Position numbers and translations under genes: made by a program. A stretch of DNA of 64,000 nt from positions 1,364,001 to 1,428,000 of the forward strand of contig AP024664.1 of assembly GCA_024346625.1 (NCBI GenBank), in the 5' to 3' direction. Of the stretch, positions 59,753 through 64,000 are shown piece after piece (position 1 is the first letter of the stretch; each line of letters starts with the position of its first letter). The notes beneath the pieces were generated by a model. That model worked only from the letters and a program-made list of their open reading frames with translations. It did no database searches and was not told the origin of the DNA. The stretch is from Williopsis jadinii. Its lineage: Eukaryota.

Positions 59753-60943
59753 ATGGCTGACGGTATTACAGAGATTGACGCCAACTTGATTGAGACCAAC
59801 TATGACAAGGTTGTGTACTCCTTTGACGACTTGAACTTGAAGAAGGAGATTCTCAGAGGTATCTACGGTTACGGTTACGAGAACCCATCTTCTATCCAAC
59901 AACGTGCCATTGCTCCAATCATCGAAGGTAACGATGTTCTTGCCCAGGCTCAATCTGGTACCGGTAAGACTGCTACTTTCACCATCTCTGCTTTGCAAAG
60001 AATTGACGAGACCAAGAAGGTTACCCAAGTCTTGATCCTTGCCCCAACCAGAGAGTTGGCTCTTCAAATCCAGAACGTTGTTCTCAGTATTGGTCAACAC
60101 ATGGATGTCTCCATCCACGCCTCCATTGGTGGTACCTCCATCCAAGACGATATTGAGGCCTTCAAGAAGGGTGCTCAGATCATTGTCGGTACCCCAGGTC
60201 GTGTCTACGACATGATTGCTCGTCGTATCTTCAACACCTCCAACGTTAAGATGTTCATCTTGGATGAGGCCGATGAGATGTTGTCCTCTGGTTTCAAGGA
60301 GCAAATCTACAACATCTGTTCCCTCTTGCCAACCACTACCCAAGTTGTCTTGTTGTCTGCTACCATGCCACAAGATGTCTTGGAGGTCACCACCAAATTC
60401 ATGAGAAACCCAATCAGAATTCTTGTCAAGAAGGATGAGTTGACTTTGGAAGGTATCAAGCAATTCTTCATCAACGTTGAGAAGGAGGAGTTCAAGTACG
60501 ACTGTTTGGTTGATCTTTACGACACCATCTCCGTCACCCAAGCTGTCATCTTCTGTAACACCAGAAGAAAAGTTGAGGAGTTGACTGAGCGTTTGACCGC
60601 TGACAAGTACACCGTTTCTGCTATCCACTCTGAGTTGTCCCAACAAGAGAGAGACACCATCATGAACGAGTTCAGAACCGGTTCCTCAAGAATCTTGATC
60701 TCCACCGATTTGTTGGCCCGTGGTATCGATGTCCAACAGGTGTCCCTTGTCATCAACTACGACTTGCCATCCAACAAGGAGAACTACATCCACAGAATTG
60801 GTAGAGGTGGTCGTTTCGGTCGTAAGGGTGTTGCCATCAACTTTGTCACCGACAAGGATGTTGGTATGATGAGAGACATTGAGAAGTTCTACTCCACACA
60901 GATTGAGGAATTCCCAGCCAACTATGATGATATCTTCAACTAA
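59753..60943 (+). CDS. TIF1: Translation initiation factor eIF4A
   Basis: [31 protein letters not shown]; high codon bias. Confidence 0.96.
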   Translation: MADGITEIDANLIETNYDKVVYSFDDLNLKKEILRGIYGYGYENPSSIQQRAIAPIIEGNDVLAQAQSGTGKTATFTISALQRIDETKKVTQVLILAPTRELALQIQNVVLSIGQHMDVSIHASIGGTSIQDDIEAFKKGAQIIVGTPGRVYDMIARRIFNTSNVKMFILDEADEMLSSGFKEQIYNICSLLPTTTQVVLLSATMPQDVLEVTTKFMRNPIRILVKKDELTLEGIKQFFINVEKEEFKYDCLVDLYDTISVTQAVIFCNTRRKVEELTERLTADKYTVSAIHSELSQQERDTIMNEFRTGSSRILISTDLLARGIDVQQVSLVINYDLPSNKENYIHRIGRGGRFGRKGVAINFVTDKDVGMMRDIEKFYSTQIEEFPANYDDIFN

Positions 60944-61279
60944 GGGAATTGAACCCTGGCTATTATGACATACGAAATATACAAAAACAGAAAACAGGCA
61001 TCATAGGAAGGGGAAAGGAGACTACCATCGAATGTTCTTTTCTTCCTTTGTTTATGTGTTTCTTCTCTTATGATCATTTGTTCCGACTCTATTCTCTTTT
61101 TTCTTTCTTTCTTTATGTATAGGTGTATGTTTTTTCTTCTTCTTTATCATCAATGGGGGTTAGTGTTTAATACAGAAAGTATACCAGTCCACTGGTGTAT
61201 ATATCAACTATAGTGTTTTCATTAGTTAAACAAGCCTGCGATCAGTGGGTTGTGCAACTGCAGAGTGGGATGTATGTAT

Positions 61280-62182
61280 TCACTCATCGTCGCCAATCTT
61301 TTCAATCTTGCCCTGTGTCTTTGATTCACCATCAACACCGACAATGAGGATCTTGTCAAGAGTTGTCGACTCGTCCTCATCTTCACCGTCAAAGAATAAA
61401 GTCAAGCTGGTGACCTTTTGGAACCTGACGTACTTCAGCTTGATCTCTACGCATCCATCCTCGTTGAACTGTCCAATATCCTCCTGATGCAGCGCATTGA
61501 TGGTAGTCGCATCGTCAAAGCCCAAGATGCTACTTCTATTTGCCCAAACCTTGATCAAATTAGGTCTTTGGCCACTGGTACTCTTGATCACCAGTGACGA
61601 CACTTTGCAAATATTTGTAAACGGGATATGGATCAACAACTGGGAGTCTGCATCGGTGGAGATCTTGGAGTCCTCGTCCAGCTTGAGCAACCCTTTGACC
61701 TTCTCGCTGCTCTGTGTGGCGTTCAGGCACTCAAACTCGCCAAACTGAACCGTCTTGTTCAACAGCGTGAAGCCCTTCGGAACATATGTGGCCACCAGTT
61801 GTTTATCAGCAGAACTCAGCGATGAACTGGAGTCTTCACCAACATCACGGCGCTTCCCGTGTGGCGCTAGGGCGCTCAGCTTCTTCAACCCTTCAAGAAC
61901 AGCCTGTGTTGAGGCGCCACGGACCCTCTCAACTTCCTTGCCCTTGTGCAGAAACACAAACGTCGGGACCGCAGTGATCGAGTACTTGGATGCGATTTCC
62001 CTATGCTTATCCAAATCAACTTTGGCAATCTCCACCGTTGTGTATTGCGTGTAGAGCTGTTCAATCATAGGCGCAATCGCCTGGCACGGCCCACACCAAG
62101 CAGCGGTGAAGTAGAGCACCAGAGCTTCACAGCGCAGAAACTCATTGAGGTCACTGTGGGTCTGGACGTAGTTAATTGGCAT
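61280..62182 (-). CDS. Thioredoxin-PITH protein (Txl1/TXNL1-like)
   Basis: WCGPC thioredoxin domain plus PITH-like C-terminus (DADSQLLIHIPF, YVRFQKVTSL). Confidence 0.88.
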   Translation of the reverse strand: MPINYVQTHSDLNEFLRCEALVLYFTAAWCGPCQAIAPMIEQLYTQYTTVEIAKVDLDKHREIASKYSITAVPTFVFLHKGKEVERVRGASTQAVLEGLKKLSALAPHGKRRDVGEDSSSSLSSADKQLVATYVPKGFTLLNKTVQFGEFECLNATQSSEKVKGLLKLDEDSKISTDADSQLLIHIPFTNICKVSSLVIKSTSGQRPNLIKVWANRSSILGFDDATTINALHQEDIGQFNEDGCVEIKLKYVRFQKVTSLTLFFDGEDEDESTTLDKILIVGVDGESKTQGKIEKIGDDE

Positions 62183-62445
62183 CTCTTCGCGATGGCTGTG
62201 TGCGCTTTATAGCTCTACAATTGATGATGAGATGGGTTTCGACTGTGAGTGCCATTTTCTCTCCTTTTGCGAGGCGCCATGGTATTCACACGCTGCTGCT
62301 GCTGTTGTTGTTGTTCGCTTGTTGTTGTTCGCTTGTTCTCTTAACTACTGGGTGTCTGGATGTTACAGAGGGTATAGCCTATACAGAGAGCACTACAACG
62401 GTGGATTGGGAGGGATTAGTGGTGTTGAGATTGGCTGTGTGTACG

Positions 62446-63528
62446 CTAAGGAGATGTGTCTTCTCTTTGGAGATCATTGCTGAGGTTGCGGATGTCGTCG
62501 GGCGTCAACGCGTCGAGTTTTATCGACCTTTTATACTCCAATTCTGTATCGACTCTGAACTCGTCATCGGTAACGGTTATCTTTATGAAGGTGTCCTCTT
62601 TTTGCAAGCTGCCCTGTGTGAACTCTGTGAACCACTGTGGCTCGTTAGTCAGCTCTGAGAGTCTGTCTAGCGGCTCATATTTCGAGTGTAGCTCGGTATA
62701 CAGCTTGTTTAGACTTTCAAACTTGGTAAACCAATGCAACGTGGTGATGAGCTGGCTTAGAGCACCACAGGCAAACCCTGTTGTCTGCACGAACTCGGAC
62801 TGTACAAATTGGAATGTCTGTAGCAGCGAGTTCCTCTTTGTCCTGTAGATGTCGTTGTTGTTGCACAGCTGTGCCCTCGACTCGTTGTCCAACACTATTC
62901 CAACTTTATTGGCCAAATGACGTGGGATAATCAGGGGCTTTGAGAACTCCACTTTGAACCCAACGTCATTCACCGTCACGGATTCAAACGCCAACGCAAT
63001 ACGCTCGTCCGATGCTAGCGATATCTGGAACAGACTGTTGATCATGATCGAGAACTCCTGCGTGCTGTACTCCGAATTAGGGAATTCTGCTTGCAATTTC
63101 CCCATTATCGAAGTGTACTGGTGGAAAAGGTCAACCTGTGTGGAGTTTTGGTCCAACACGCTCAACTGCTCCAAGCATCTGTCGAACTGCACCAACTTCT
63201 GCTGCTTCAAAGCCATCTCCAGCACTATGGACCCATCTGCGTTGTTCACCGTGAACATGGAGTCGTTATTAGCAAGGATAAGCTTCACATTATCAACGTC
63301 TATCCTTGTTTGGCCCCTTATCGAAGACTCCAGCTCGTGGAAGTCTATGTCAATCACCAGAATCTTTCCTGCTATTGATACCCGCTTGACTCCAGGCGAT
63401 ATCTCTTCGTTGAAAGTTTCAAACTTGTAGAAGTTGGCCAGGCGCAGCAAGTTCTCCAGCGTCACACTCCCGGGCGACTGCTTCAAGATCGTCGCTATAC
63501 GTGTGAGGTCTGAGTGGTATGAGTCCAT
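62446..63528 (-). CDS. MED1: Mediator subunit 1 (fungal)
   Basis: PGSVTLENLLRLA...ETF...RVSIAGKILVIDIDF; likely ATG at 63528. Confidence 0.75.
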   Translation of the reverse strand: MDSYHSDLTRIATILKQSPGSVTLENLLRLANFYKFETFNEEISPGVKRVSIAGKILVIDIDFHELESSIRGQTRIDVDNVKLILANNDSMFTVNNADGSIVLEMALKQQKLVQFDRCLEQLSVLDQNSTQVDLFHQYTSIMGKLQAEFPNSEYSTQEFSIMINSLFQISLASDERIALAFESVTVNDVGFKVEFSKPLIIPRHLANKVGIVLDNESRAQLCNNNDIYRTKRNSLLQTFQFVQSEFVQTTGFACGALSQLITTLHWFTKFESLNKLYTELHSKYEPLDRLSELTNEPQWFTEFTQGSLQKEDTFIKITVTDDEFRVDTELEYKRSIKLDALTPDDIRNLSNDLQREDTSP

Positions 63529-63758
63529 CTGTTTACTCCGTGCAATGCTTCTGTTGTTTACACTCTTTGCTTTGTACACACTTCTCGACTGTTTTTGATC
63601 TTTGTGAGTTGCCCGGGCAAGGTGGTCGAAGCGGTAGGCGACACACACGGAGAAATAGTGCGGGAAGATCAGCGGGAAAAGTGGGCATTGTTTATACGTC
63701 AACGGGTTGCTTTTACTCCATCTCGTTGGGACGTTGAGGGCAAAACAAGCAAAGGGGA

Positions 63759-64000
63759 ATGGTAGGGATTCTTAAGAACAAAAGCGAGCATAGTGGCACT
63801 GTGAGTCAGTCGACGAAGGAGTTCAGAGAAGAGGTGTTGAAGAACACGAAGCTCAACGCCCAGCTCCAGAGCGAAGAACATAAGAAGATAGTTGCGAAGC
63901 AGCAGCAGGCGGAAGCTGAGGAGCGGGCGCTACAGGTTGAGCAGGAGAGATTGCAATGGAACAAGAAGAACCTTGAAGACAACGAGGTTATACAGAAGCA
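63759..64000 (+). CDS. GLC8: PP1 inhibitor-2 family protein Glc8 (5' part, runs off the window)
   Basis: MVGILKN (GILK motif)...EFREEVLKNTKLNA...ERLQWNKKNLEDNE; not in the ORF track. Confidence 0.85.
   Translation, partial: MVGILKNKSEHSGTVSQSTKEFREEVLKNTKLNAQLQSEEHKKIVAKQQQAEAEERALQVEQERLQWNKKNLEDNEVIQK

Overview
Eukaryotic, gene-dense window from a budding yeast (Saccharomycotina). It uses the standard genetic code (CTG=Leu at conserved positions), encodes respiratory complex I and looks most like Phaffomycetaceae/Cyberlindnera (inference). I can support about 33 protein genes and 17 spliceosomal introns read by hand; 14 protein genes are split, so their ORF-track starts are wrong. There are two tRNAs (Ser-AGA, Gln-CTG). 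Three blocks keep ancestral yeast gene order: TRM7-RSM10-YBR062C-ECM2-snR47; MOT1-RPS9-RPL21-RIM2-MED8-AIM4-ATP4-MSI1-PGI1-GPI2-TAF5; TRM2-RPS21-GLG-TIF1. Elements the ORF track misses or does not explain: a 59-aa metallothionein-like gene; snR47 inside the intron of an apparently non-coding host transcript; an RPS9 intron with several stop-coupled decoy acceptors and an AG|GT ratchet-like site; a strongly diverged, low-codon-bias RPL21; a roughly 700-nt candidate structured ncRNA between MOT1 and RPS9; and a bacterial-like DUF4259 gene next to a tRNA. No transposon or CRISPR array was seen. All family assignments come from recalled motifs, not database searches.
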